Part shown: positions 34,785 through 44,007 of the stretch, piece after piece
How positions within the stretch are numbered: the stretch's first letter is position 1
How the letters are laid out: each line of letters opens with the position of its first letter
Virus record (IMG/VR): IMGVR_UViG_3300031519_000048
Span: 1-44,007 of that record
Source: a virus
Lineage: Duplodnaviria > Caudoviricetes
Strand: one strand, 5' to 3'
Length of the DNA stretch: 44,007 nucleotides
Notes under the pieces: model-generated
Told to the model about the DNA's origin: nothing
Database searches by the model: none
Seen by the model: only the letters and a program-made list of their open reading frames with translations
Position numbers and translations under genes: made by a program

Positions 34785-37700
34785 ATGGCAAAGAAACAAA
34801 TAAAAAATTACGTTTTTAAACCGGGTATCGGGTCACTAGGTAATACTAGCCCAAATGCTTACGATTTACTATTGAGAAACAAGGACTTTTTAATTGCAGA
34901 ATCTATTGCATATATTAATCAAGAAGTTATAGATGCAGTAAAGTGCCAGCGAGATATTGAATATATATTAGATGGAGCATACCAAGATATATCATTAGGA
35001 ACAAACTATAATGCAACGTTCTTAGGTGTTGCCGAAGTTAATAGTTTAGAAATTTCTCAAGGTGTTATTAGAACAATACAACGTGCAAAACTAGCATGGG
35101 CAGCGTTACCGGGCATTGCAGCAGGTGCTACGGCTCTAGCTAGATCTAATGCATATTTTGATGAAATATTAGATATTATTCAAAACGGAAGAGCATCTGC
35201 AGATACGTTAACCTTCTCTAACCCAACCGACGCAACTGTTGGTGAAATTGCAGCAGCAACTCGACTAGCAGATAACCAAACATTTATTGCAGCTGAAATT
35301 AACGCATGGGTAGCAGTAAATTATCCAGCAGCAGACCACGATGTTGCAAAGTGTACACGTGACGTTAAATATGCAGTTAATGCATTAATTTATGATGTAC
35401 TTTACGGCGGAAATAGTGCATCTTACGATCAAGCAAAATTCTTCTTTTATGGATTTGATAGCGGCGTATCGGGCATCAACGTAACACATAAAGCACAAAC
35501 TGTTGCCGCATACAATAGACTTCAAATTATTGTACAGCAAATTGTGTTAGGTGCAACCGTAACTAAAAGCGCAGGCAATGTTGCTACACAAAGTATTACC
35601 GGAAGTAACGGAACTAACACAGAAGCAGCAATACTATCTACCTTAGTACAAATCACTGAAGATGTTGTTAATGCATCATCACAAGCTAATGCACTAACTG
35701 CACTAAGTGCTTACACAAGAACTGTTCCGACTAACAGTTGGGTGTCTCTTGAAATCCAAGGCGCAATGTTGTCAATGGCTACTTCTAAAGACTTTACTAT
35801 TACAGCAATTACATGGGATCCAGATTATACATATAATTCGGCAAAATGTCAACGCGACTTGGGTTATGTATTAGATGCATATTTGTATGACTTGCGCTAC
35901 GGCGGAAATTCGGAAACAAATAGAGTAATTCACTATTACTGGGACCAAACTGTTGCCCAAGTTGACGGAAATAGAATTCCAGAAATCGACACACATGCAT
36001 ATATTGGTGATTTAATTACTGATTATATTCTTATTAATACAGCAGCTACTCAATTAGGTGCAGTTTCTCAAGTAATAGATATTACAAAAACAGCCGAAGT
36101 TGATGCATCAAGCAAAATTGATCAATTAGTTTCAAGTACTGTAAATGTTATATCCAACGGATTAACTAGTTTGCCTACTTTAGTTCCAACTGGTGTAGGC
36201 ACTATTAAAATACAGGGAAAATACGGAGCAAATGAACTTCTATTAATTACTAATAGTACCCGAAGTGAAGTTATTTATAACTTTACTAATCCTGCAACAG
36301 GCGCTGCCATTAAAATTAAAGACAGTGGTGAAGATACTGATTTTTCAACATATCTACAAACTACTGATGGTGTTACTACTCTTACACTAAACTACGACAC
36401 TAGCGAACATAGTATTACAGATGAAATACAAATATTTGTAGAAGACGAATATGTAAGAACAAGACCGCATGATTTTGGAACGGATGCTATTGAACGTATG
36501 CGTGTTGCAAATCCACAGTCTATGCTTGATGCTGACTTTGAGTACGGACTACAGCCTACTAAGTGGAGTGCAATTGGAACATTGCGCGGATATCCAAGTG
36601 TATATGAAATTCCTGGTACTGATGCAAGTGTAATAAGTGTGGTAACTGATGCAAGTGCAGGTACCGAAGGTATCGGCCAGAGTTTAATTACAGTTACTAC
36701 TGTTTCGCCACACGGTTATGCACCTGGTACTCCTATTACTATCAAAGCTCTTGCAAACTCGGTATTAGGCGCAGCACGGGCAGAAGGTAGTTTTATTATT
36801 GTAACTACTCCTACATCTACAACATTTACATTCTACGCAAAAGCTAAAGTTGGTACAACTGCGGGTCAGGTGTTGAGCACAACATACACTCAGTTAAGAC
36901 AAGCAGGATTTTATACAGGCGCAAACATAGGAAACCCTACATTTACAGTTGCAAGTAATGGTAGTTCAGGTGTAATGAATACACAATTAGCAGTATTAGC
37001 AGGACAAGACATTATACCGTTTGACGGTTCAGCTCCAGAAATTGGTTCTCCAATTAATGATGTATCCGGTGCAATACCATTAGGCTCGCAAGTCACTTCT
37101 ATTAAAAGCACTAGCGGCGGCGGCGGCACTGTTGTAAATCTCGAAGTGCTTGGAGATTATAATATTGGAGCAACTACTATTACAGTTGCAGATTCAACTG
37201 GTGCCGAAGCCGGATTAGCTGTAGATAGTGGTAACGGCTATGCTACATATGTAAACGATGTAGTTGGCAATGATATTAATCTAACTTTAGCTACTACAAA
37301 TAACATTAAAGGTAATACTACAACTTACAATGTAACTGGTGCGACTGTTGCTGGTATTGGTATTGAGGCAACGTTTAATATTTCTCGAGATGCTGGTACA
37401 TATACAGTTGATGCAATTGTAGATGATGGATTAGACTACGAAGTTGGCGATAGGATAATAATATCAGGAGTGTTATTAGGCGGTACATCTCCCGATAACG
37501 ATCTAATATTACTAGTTGATAGTATCTTTAGTAATGGCGCCATTACTTCAGTAAGTGTTGAAGGAACTGCATTTGCTGGTAATGCTACAATAACTAACTT
37601 AACTCCGCCAGTGAATGGTGGAATTGGTTACGGTGCTGTTGTTGATGTCAGTATAGAAAATAATGTTTATACTTCAGCTACACTAGCTACTGAAGAAAAT

Positions 37701-40700
37701 TATGATTTTGCAGTTAACGATCAGTTAATTATAACTGGAGAAAATTTTGGAACTAATGGCATTCCTGGTACACATGATCTTACATTAAAAGTTACTAGTG
37801 TAGATTCCGAAGGTACTATATTAACAGCTACGGTTAGCGGAGTTGCACCTGATAGTACCGAGTCATTCTACAATCCAGTTTGGGCAACAAATAATTTAGG
37901 CACAAACGCCCAATTTGAAGTTATAAAAGATGGCACAACTTATACTGTATTTTTTATTAATAACGGTTTTGACTTTATTCCGACAGATGTTATTACAGTA
38001 TTAGGCAGTACGCTAGACGGTGTTGATACTACAAACGATTTAACTATTACAGTTGATAACGTTAACGGCAGTGGCGGAATAACAGCATTTACAGTAACCG
38101 GTTTAGGAACTAATATTGACGAATATCTCAATATACCTGCAGATGCATTAGTTGGTGAATCGTCAATATTTTCAGTAACATTAAATAGCGGCGCTTATAA
38201 CGTTGGTGTTACATCACCTGGACAGTTCTATGCTACGGGTCAAACATTTACAATTTTAGGATCAGCATTATTTGGTGAAATTGTAACCAACGATTTAGAA
38301 ATTACAGTTGCGTCAATAAATGCAACTGGCGGTATACTTACTGTTTCGGTATCAGGCACAGCAGTTACTGGCACTGCATCTTATAGTAATCTTGTAGGTG
38401 TTAACGAAACACCAAGTGGCGCCGGTGGACAATTTACAATTGTTCGAACTAATGGAACATACGATAGCATAGTAATATTGTCTGCAGGATCCAACTATGG
38501 TGTTGGTAATAGAATAATTATACCAGGGACCAATTTAGGTGGTATTTCGCCTCTCAACGATGTACTAATCCAAGTTACTGGATTAACTGGCACTGATGGT
38601 ATTTCAACATTTACCTCGGAATTTATTGAAGCAAGTGCCGGTGTTAACTTTGATTTAATTGCTACATTCTCTCTTACAGAAATATTATCAATACCGTTAC
38701 CTGTAGATTCTGAATTAACATATAGTGCATTAGCATCTATTGAAATTGATTTTGCTAATGCTCATGGGCTAGTTCCAGGAGACAGTTTTATTACAACTGT
38801 TAACTCAGATAATGGCGTAAATAATCACTTATTAGCGTCTGGATCGTTTATTGCAACATCAATACCAAGTATAACTGCTTTAGTATTTCAAGCAAGAGCC
38901 CCAGGAGCAATTGATATTTCTGAGTTTGATATATCCGGAGCAGTATATGCAAGACCTGATAGTTTCTTTGTACACAGACCGTTTGATGGCGGTGTACAGC
39001 TAGGTACTGGCGGTCCACAACACGGTGCGCAAGCAATTCGTCAAAGTAAAAAGTATATTCGTTACCAATCAGGTAAGGGTATTATGTACACTACTGGTGC
39101 GCTATTTGCACCAAGTTACGATTTACGTAGTGTAACAGCTGACGGCATCGAAGTAGGTAGTTTAATTACAGTTGAAACAGATGATAACGATCATGGCGTA
39201 CAAGTTGGCGGCATTATACGGTTGTTGGGTCTTGAAACGCCCGGATACAATAGTGGCAACGAAACTGCTGTACCGCCAAAATTTGATTACGAAGTAATTG
39301 ACGTAATTGACGAACGTAAATTTAAAATTAGAGCTCAACGAAGACTAGGATCTACAAACGCTGCATTAGGGTTTGGCTCACAAATGAGTGTTGTAGCGTG
39401 GCATGGCGCAACAGTCCGCTCAGGCATATTTGACGATCAGAATGGTATTTTCTGGGAGTATGACGGTACTAATATTAGTGCAAATCAACGTACCGGTACT
39501 AAGCAAATAGCTGGTAATATTTCTCTAAAAGTAGACAACAATCTTGTAACAGGATCAGATACTAGATTTAGAGATCAAGTTAAGGCCGGAGATAGAATTG
39601 TTATTAAAGGTATGACCCATGTAGTAAGTCACGTAATTAGTGACACTCAAATGACTATAACACCAGATTGGCGCGGCGTTGTTGATATTACTGGAACAAA
39701 AATAAACTTAGTAGTGGATAAAAAAGTTAAACAAGAAGATTTTAACTTAGACCGATTAGACGGCACTGGACCAAGCGGCTACGATATTGATATTGCTAAA
39801 ATGCAAATGATTGGTATTCAATATAGCTGGTATGGTGCAGGCTTTATTGATTTTATGTTACGTGGAAGCTCCGGCGACTTTGTATTTTGTCACAGAATGC
39901 GTAATAGTAACGTTAACACAGAAGCGTTTATGCGCTCAGGAAACTTGCCTGTACGTTACGAAGTTACTAACGAAGGTCCTCCGGGACAACTAGCTGAAGA
40001 TATGACATTTGATCAAACAACTGTTCCGTTAGTTGATGGTAGTTTCTTTCCACATAGCGGCATAGTTTATATTGACAATGAAATTATTCAATTTACTGGA
40101 CGTACAGGAAATGCACTAACCGGCTGTATTAGAGATGCAGATTTTACTAATTTCCAAGCAGGTTCAGAACGTACATATACTGCCGGTGCAGCAACATCTC
40201 ACAGTGCCAAAACTGGTGTAATATTAATATCACAAACTATTACTCCGTTAATTAGTCACTGGGGTAGTGCGTTCCTAACAGACGGCGGATTTGATGAAGA
40301 TCGCGGTTACATTTTCTCATACGCTGCGACAGGTGTTGCAGTTACTACTACTAAAAATACAGCACTCATGATTAGATTAGCGCCTAGTGTTTCAAACGCT
40401 ATTGTTGGAGACCTAGGTGAAAGAGAACTACTAAACCGTGCGCAGTTACTATTACAAGGTCTTGAAATTACATCAGACGCAGGCACCGGCGGACTTGTTG
40501 TCCAAGGCGTTCTTAATCCGCAAAACTATCCTATTGATCCGGGATCAGTTAGTTGGTCAGGTCTAGGCGGGGTTGCTCAAGGCGGCCAGCCGAGTTTTGC
40601 ACAAATTGCTCCTGGCGGAGCGATTCAATGGAGTGCTGGCGGATCAGAAGTAACTGTAAGTGCAGTAGTTTCGGGTGATATTACTACAGGTACTTACACA

Positions 40701-41426
40701 CCGCTTGTAAGTGGTACTAGCGAAAACAGTTCGCCTATTGATATATTAACAAGTGTATATAATGGCGTAGGACCTGCTTATACTGGTGTTGATATTTACT
40801 CTGTTAATCCCGGCAATGTTTATACTGGCGGAAGTCAAGGAACATACCGTATAACTGGTATTAGAACTAATGGTTCAAATACTTCTATTGATTTTAGAAG
40901 TACTACTGGCCAAACTAGACGAGCAACTAGTTGGACAGGTACACCCGGTGTGTTCTTTAGACAGAATGCTTATACTGGATTTACTAACAGATTATTATTT
41001 AGTAAAGCAGTATGGGACGCAACAGGTGCTGCCCCAGGTACAGAAGTTTCAACTACAGATACTAAATTTCCAGCTGGTACTGCGGTATCGAGTGTAATAC
41101 CAAGAACACTAGGTGCTAATGAATTTTACGAGGTAATCTTTAACCAAACTTCTATACTTTCAATATCATCAGGACAAAGTGTTGTATTTGGATTTATTGA
41201 ACCTGCTTATGCACAACCAGGTGAAACTGTATTCTCGTTCATTGCGGTCCCAGGTGAACGTTCTACACTTGACTTGTCACAGTTGAAAGAACTTACTAAT
41301 ACTGCATTAGGCGGTAGAGGTACATTTCCAAATGGACCTGATGTTCTAGCAATTAACGTTTATAAGATTAGTGGTGCTGCACTTAACGCCAACATCATTC
41401 TAAAATGGGGCGAAGCGCAAGCGTAA
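34785..41426 (+). CDS. Giant (2213 aa) virion protein with three N-terminal C-x-R-D helical repeats and five ~90-aa beta repeats
   Basis: KCQRD, KCTRD and KCQRD repeats; five G..LGG..P.NDL.I.V repeats; T/G/S-rich composition. Confidence 0.75.
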   Translation: MAKKQIKNYVFKPGIGSLGNTSPNAYDLLLRNKDFLIAESIAYINQEVIDAVKCQRDIEYILDGAYQDISLGTNYNATFLGVAEVNSLEISQGVIRTIQRAKLAWAALPGIAAGATALARSNAYFDEILDIIQNGRASADTLTFSNPTDATVGEIAAATRLADNQTFIAAEINAWVAVNYPAADHDVAKCTRDVKYAVNALIYDVLYGGNSASYDQAKFFFYGFDSGVSGINVTHKAQTVAAYNRLQIIVQQIVLGATVTKSAGNVATQSITGSNGTNTEAAILSTLVQITEDVVNASSQANALTALSAYTRTVPTNSWVSLEIQGAMLSMATSKDFTITAITWDPDYTYNSAKCQRDLGYVLDAYLYDLRYGGNSETNRVIHYYWDQTVAQVDGNRIPEIDTHAYIGDLITDYILINTAATQLGAVSQVIDITKTAEVDASSKIDQLVSSTVNVISNGLTSLPTLVPTGVGTIKIQGKYGANELLLITNSTRSEVIYNFTNPATGAAIKIKDSGEDTDFSTYLQTTDGVTTLTLNYDTSEHSITDEIQIFVEDEYVRTRPHDFGTDAIERMRVANPQSMLDADFEYGLQPTKWSAIGTLRGYPSVYEIPGTDASVISVVTDASAGTEGIGQSLITVTTVSPHGYAPGTPITIKALANSVLGAARAEGSFIIVTTPTSTTFTFYAKAKVGTTAGQVLSTTYTQLRQAGFYTGANIGNPTFTVASNGSSGVMNTQLAVLAGQDIIPFDGSAPEIGSPINDVSGAIPLGSQVTSIKSTSGGGGTVVNLEVLGDYNIGATTITVADSTGAEAGLAVDSGNGYATYVNDVVGNDINLTLATTNNIKGNTTTYNVTGATVAGIGIEATFNISRDAGTYTVDAIVDDGLDYEVGDRIIISGVLLGGTSPDNDLILLVDSIFSNGAITSVSVEGTAFAGNATITNLTPPVNGGIGYGAVVDVSIENNVYTSATLATEENYDFAVNDQLIITGENFGTNGIPGTHDLTLKVTSVDSEGTILTATVSGVAPDSTESFYNPVWATNNLGTNAQFEVIKDGTTYTVFFINNGFDFIPTDVITVLGSTLDGVDTTNDLTITVDNVNGSGGITAFTVTGLGTNIDEYLNIPADALVGESSIFSVTLNSGAYNVGVTSPGQFYATGQTFTILGSALFGEIVTNDLEITVASINATGGILTVSVSGTAVTGTASYSNLVGVNETPSGAGGQFTIVRTNGTYDSIVILSAGSNYGVGNRIIIPGTNLGGISPLNDVLIQVTGLTGTDGISTFTSEFIEASAGVNFDLIATFSLTEILSIPLPVDSELTYSALASIEIDFANAHGLVPGDSFITTVNSDNGVNNHLLASGSFIATSIPSITALVFQARAPGAIDISEFDISGAVYARPDSFFVHRPFDGGVQLGTGGPQHGAQAIRQSKKYIRYQSGKGIMYTTGALFAPSYDLRSVTADGIEVGSLITVETDDNDHGVQVGGIIRLLGLETPGYNSGNETAVPPKFDYEVIDVIDERKFKIRAQRRLGSTNAALGFGSQMSVVAWHGATVRSGIFDDQNGIFWEYDGTNISANQRTGTKQIAGNISLKVDNNLVTGSDTRFRDQVKAGDRIVIKGMTHVVSHVISDTQMTITPDWRGVVDITGTKINLVVDKKVKQEDFNLDRLDGTGPSGYDIDIAKMQMIGIQYSWYGAGFIDFMLRGSSGDFVFCHRMRNSNVNTEAFMRSGNLPVRYEVTNEGPPGQLAEDMTFDQTTVPLVDGSFFPHSGIVYIDNEIIQFTGRTGNALTGCIRDADFTNFQAGSERTYTAGAATSHSAKTGVILISQTITPLISHWGSAFLTDGGFDEDRGYIFSYAATGVAVTTTKNTALMIRLAPSVSNAIVGDLGERELLNRAQLLLQGLEITSDAGTGGLVVQGVLNPQNYPIDPGSVSWSGLGGVAQGGQPSFAQIAPGGAIQWSAGGSEVTVSAVVSGDITTGTYTPLVSGTSENSSPIDILTSVYNGVGPAYTGVDIYSVNPGNVYTGGSQGTYRITGIRTNGSNTSIDFRSTTGQTRRATSWTGTPGVFFRQNAYTGFTNRLLFSKAVWDATGAAPGTEVSTTDTKFPAGTAVSSVIPRTLGANEFYEVIFNQTSILSISSGQSVVFGFIEPAYAQPGETVFSFIAVPGERSTLDLSQLKELTNTALGGRGTFPNGPDVLAINVYKISGAALNANIILKWGEAQA
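37350..38640 (+). repeat. Five tandem ~90-aa beta-rich repeats
   Basis: F.V....G.Y...G..Y..GD.I.I.G..LGG...NDL.I.V....G.I recurs five times; boundaries approximate. Confidence 0.75.
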
Positions 41427-41466
41427 TAAAAAGATTTGCACAGGAGATTATAAAGCCTGTGCAAAT
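41427..41466 (-). terminator. Terminator hairpin at the convergence point
   Basis: ATTTGCACAGG (41434-41444) / CCTGTGCAAAT (41456-41466) is a perfect 11-bp inverted repeat, followed on the - strand by CTTTTTA. Confidence 0.65.
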
Positions 41467-42053
41467 TCCCATAAGTCATCAAAAATGTATGTTTGTTTTT
41501 GCAATGTTCTGTAAGTAAATTTCTTTAATTCTTTTTCAGTTTCTAGCCCGTAACCTGTTCTTACAAGTACTGGTCTTGCACCCATTTTTACCGCAGCCTT
41601 TAGATCAGATATCTTATCACCAACATAGTATCCTTGATTAAATTTAATAAAGGGCACTTCTTTTTCGCATCGCTTAAACATTCCGGTATTTGGTTTAGCA
41701 TACATGTCTTCTTTTCGACTGCTTGTACTGTAGTACAATGCATCAATATTTGGACACCCTGCCCGTCCTAATAAGTCAAACATATAGCGATGCACTTCTT
41801 CAACATCTTCACTTGTCATTAATCCCTTTTCAATGCCGCCTTGATTAGTTATAATTGCGATCTTATGGCCTTTAGCTCTAATCATTGCAACTGCTTCTAA
41901 GCTATTAGGTAGCGGGTCAAAGTCTTGTGGACGAGTTACATATGTACCTAAGTCTCTATTAATTACACCGTCTCGGTCTAATCCAATTACACATTTATTT
42001 GCAACTTTAATAGCACCAGGCGCATCGCCCTGACCCCAGTATATATTTGTCAT
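41448..42053 (-). CDS. gmhB: D-glycero-D-manno-heptose 1,7-bisphosphate phosphatase (HAD-IIIA)
   Basis: LDRDGVIN, ITNQGGI, KP..GM, VGDK.SD..A and LVRTGYG; lies in a heptose-pathway operon. Confidence 0.85.
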   Translation of the reverse strand: MTNIYWGQGDAPGAIKVANKCVIGLDRDGVINRDLGTYVTRPQDFDPLPNSLEAVAMIRAKGHKIAIITNQGGIEKGLMTSEDVEEVHRYMFDLLGRAGCPNIDALYYSTSSRKEDMYAKPNTGMFKRCEKEVPFIKFNQGYYVGDKISDLKAAVKMGARPVLVRTGYGLETEKELKKFTYRTLQKQTYIFDDLWEFAQAL

Positions 42054-42436
42054 TACGATTGTTCCTTATTTGATTGACTATCACCTGGAATAATACGATA
42101 GTTATCTTCAACACTATCAGGCGTGCTAACTTCAGTAATACTAGAATTTGCATCTAGTGCTTCTAATTGATGCGGCATTAATGGAGGATTGCGCCAAGTA
42201 TCGCCCTCTACAAGTTCTTTTTCAATTAGTGTTGCAGTAGCAGTATCAATATACCGTAATTTAAATCTACCTGCATTAACAAACCAAGTTTCGTCTTTTT
42301 CTCTATGAAAGTGCATGCTAAATTTTGCACCAACTTTTTCGAATACCATAATCTTACCACAGTAATGTTCGTTAGTGGCCCAAATAAGCTCGTAGCCCCA
42401 ACCTTTTTTAACAAAACCTTCTAGTCGTGTTGTCAT
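42053..42436 (-). CDS. Cupin, sugar isomerase/epimerase-like
   Basis: V.KGWG.E, SMHFH..KDETW and PP..PH cupin motifs. Confidence 0.8.
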   Translation of the reverse strand: MTTRLEGFVKKGWGYELIWATNEHYCGKIMVFEKVGAKFSMHFHREKDETWFVNAGRFKLRYIDTATATLIEKELVEGDTWRNPPLMPHQLEALDANSSITEVSTPDSVEDNYRIIPGDSQSNKEQS

Positions 42437-42450
42437 TTTAAAATCCTTTA

Positions 42451-43083
42451 TTAATTGTATGTAAGATTATATACGTTAAAGCTCATTGTAATACGTACAA
42501 CGTCACTTGAAAACGGATATACTTGGTGTTGTAAATCAGCATCAAACAAGAATATATCTCCTGTTTTAGGAATAATTTTATGTGTATGATTATTGTTTTG
42601 GAATTCTAATTGACCCGAACATCTCATATTTGAATCAATCGGAACACTATTAACTTCGCCGGCTATCTCAATAGGAACATTTATCATACAAATTCCACTT
42701 AATGCTCCTGCATGTTTATGCACGGGATTAAATTCGTGTTGTCGCTGATAGTTTATCCAAGGCCCTGACCCTAAATCATATTGTACGGCATTAACAGTAG
42801 GATCAACATTATTTACAATAGTATTTTGTTGAACCCGTATCATCCGCTCTTTTACATAATTTTTAATATGACTATTTATAAATCTTAAAAAACTTAATTG
42901 TTGTATTTCATTATAGCTAACGGTTAACTGTGTTTTAATATTACCGGCTAAATCTTTACCTTTACTAATATTACTTCGTGTGGTTGATTCGGCTATTGCG
43001 TTAAGAAGACTCTGTTCGTGACTGTCTGCAACTGAATGATATATAGATGGACCAAATGGTAATAATACGTTATACAATTCCAT
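42451..43083 (-). CDS. Putative 2OG-Fe(II) oxygenase (phage TIGR02466-like)
   Basis: WINYQ...EFNPVHKH...SG, GQLEF, P..GD..LF...L.H.VYP and RITMSFN. Confidence 0.8.
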   Translation of the reverse strand: MELYNVLLPFGPSIYHSVADSHEQSLLNAIAESTTRSNISKGKDLAGNIKTQLTVSYNEIQQLSFLRFINSHIKNYVKERMIRVQQNTIVNNVDPTVNAVQYDLGSGPWINYQRQHEFNPVHKHAGALSGICMINVPIEIAGEVNSVPIDSNMRCSGQLEFQNNNHTHKIIPKTGDIFLFDADLQHQVYPFSSDVVRITMSFNVYNLTYN

Positions 43084-43891
43084 TTATGTAATCCTCTATT
43101 GATGTCCATTGCATATCTACAACAGAATTCAATTTGTCTAAATTAGCACAGGTATACTTTTGATATTGAGCTTTGAGATTTTCTGGCATAGGCACGCACT
43201 GTATTGCTGCATTATGTTTTTTAGCAATAGCATTGGCTACTGTTTCAAAACTTGTAGCAGTGCCTGTTCCTACATTAAAAATACCGTTAGTATCTGTAGT
43301 CAACATTTTTTCATGTAGTTTACAAATATCTTCTACACATATAAAATCTCTTTTGTAATTTTCGCTGTCTTCAAATAATACAATTACACCATCTTCTTTT
43401 GCTTGTTTTGTGAACTTAGTATACGGACTTGCTTGATTGCCTTTATGATCTTCACCAAGGCCATACACATTAAAATAACGAAACCCCTGAATTTTAATTT
43501 GAAACTCATCGATAAACTGATTAATAAATCTATCAAATAGATACTTGCTCCAAGCATACGGACTTTGTGGTTGCAACGGCTGATCTTCTGTAAAATGTGT
43601 TGTTGGTCCATATACACTTGCGCTCGACGCATACTGAAAATTAGTTCCAAAGTTTTCACAAATCTGTGCAAGTCTCACGCTAAACTCAAAATTCTGTTCT
43701 AGTATTTGATTTACGTCTGTATATGTTGTACTGCTAATAGCACCTAAATGAATGCACCAATCGTACCCTTCTGTACTGGGAAGAATTCCAGGTTGCCATT
43801 CCCAACCTTCTACTTCGTGTCCTTGGCGTTGCAGATAATGTGCAATATTTTTACCAATAAATCCGTTGTGTCCTGTAATCAATATTTTCAT
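43070..43891 (-). CDS. hldD: ADP-L-glycero-D-manno-heptose 6-epimerase (extended SDR)
   Basis: ITGHNGFIG, HLGAISSTT, YASSASVYG, YAWSK, GFRYFNVYG..E.HKG and YQKYT.A. Confidence 0.88.
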   Translation of the reverse strand: MKILITGHNGFIGKNIAHYLQRQGHEVEGWEWQPGILPSTEGYDWCIHLGAISSTTYTDVNQILEQNFEFSVRLAQICENFGTNFQYASSASVYGPTTHFTEDQPLQPQSPYAWSKYLFDRFINQFIDEFQIKIQGFRYFNVYGLGEDHKGNQASPYTKFTKQAKEDGVIVLFEDSENYKRDFICVEDICKLHEKMLTTDTNGIFNVGTGTATSFETVANAIAKKHNAAIQCVPMPENLKAQYQKYTCANLDKLNSVVDMQWTSIEDYINGIV

Positions 43892-44007
43892 TTGCTTGCC
43901 TCTATAATTTTAGTTGTACTGTGACCTTCAACTGTGGCAATAATATGCACAGGTGCTAGGTCATGTCCTACAATTTCTTCTACTGTGTAATCACCGCCCT
44001 TAACAAT
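43888..44007 (-). CDS. rfaE: 3' end of an RfaE/HldE-type heptose-1-phosphate nucleotidyltransferase domain (truncated by the window edge)
   Basis: Translates as IVKGGDYTVEEIVGHDLAPVHIIATVEGHSTTKIIEASK*. VKGGDY and STT.II are diagnostic; the TGA overlaps the hldD ATG. Confidence 0.8.
   Translation of the reverse strand: MVKGGDYTVEEIVGHDLAPVHIIATVEGHSTTKIIEASK

Noticed and set aside
40125-40136. CIRD as an eighth C-x-R-D repeat
   Set aside because: It lies in a beta-rich context (NALTGCIRDADF) without the downstream helix/GG pattern.
1-44007. Stop-codon recoding (no called gene ends in TAG)
   Set aside because: The genes are intact and tightly packed under the standard code with no in-frame TAG or TGA. 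TAA dominance fits the AT-richness, so there is no positive evidence.

Overview
The window is part of the late, virion-structure region of a large T4-like (gp23-family) phage genome. It is AT-rich and densely coding. The + strand (3-41426) carries, in order: a truncated Maf/GT42-like glycosyltransferase-fold gene; the head module (acidic prohead-core-like protein, gp21 protease, gp22-like scaffold, gp23 major capsid); about 22 kb of large modular fibre/baseplate-type proteins with small adaptor proteins; three tandem Cys/Gly-rich paralogues plus a tail-chaperone-like gene; a GT9-like glycosyltransferase coupled to a NodU/CmcH carbamoyltransferase; and a 2213-aa virion protein. A convergent - strand operon (41448-44007) encodes ADP-heptose pathway enzymes (RfaE/HldE-type nucleotidyltransferase fragment, HldD, GmhB) with a 2OG-Fe(II) oxygenase and a cupin. 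TAAATA(C) T4-type late-promoter boxes precede most + strand units. The most striking observation is seven helical repeats in two giant virion proteins that carry a C-x-R-D...GG motif aligning without gaps to the bilin-attachment helix of phycobiliproteins. Other highlights are a possible heptosylation/carbamoylation system, paralogous fibre scaffolds with different domain cassettes inserted at different loops, and two structured 5' leaders. All assignments come from motif recognition by eye; no database search was run.
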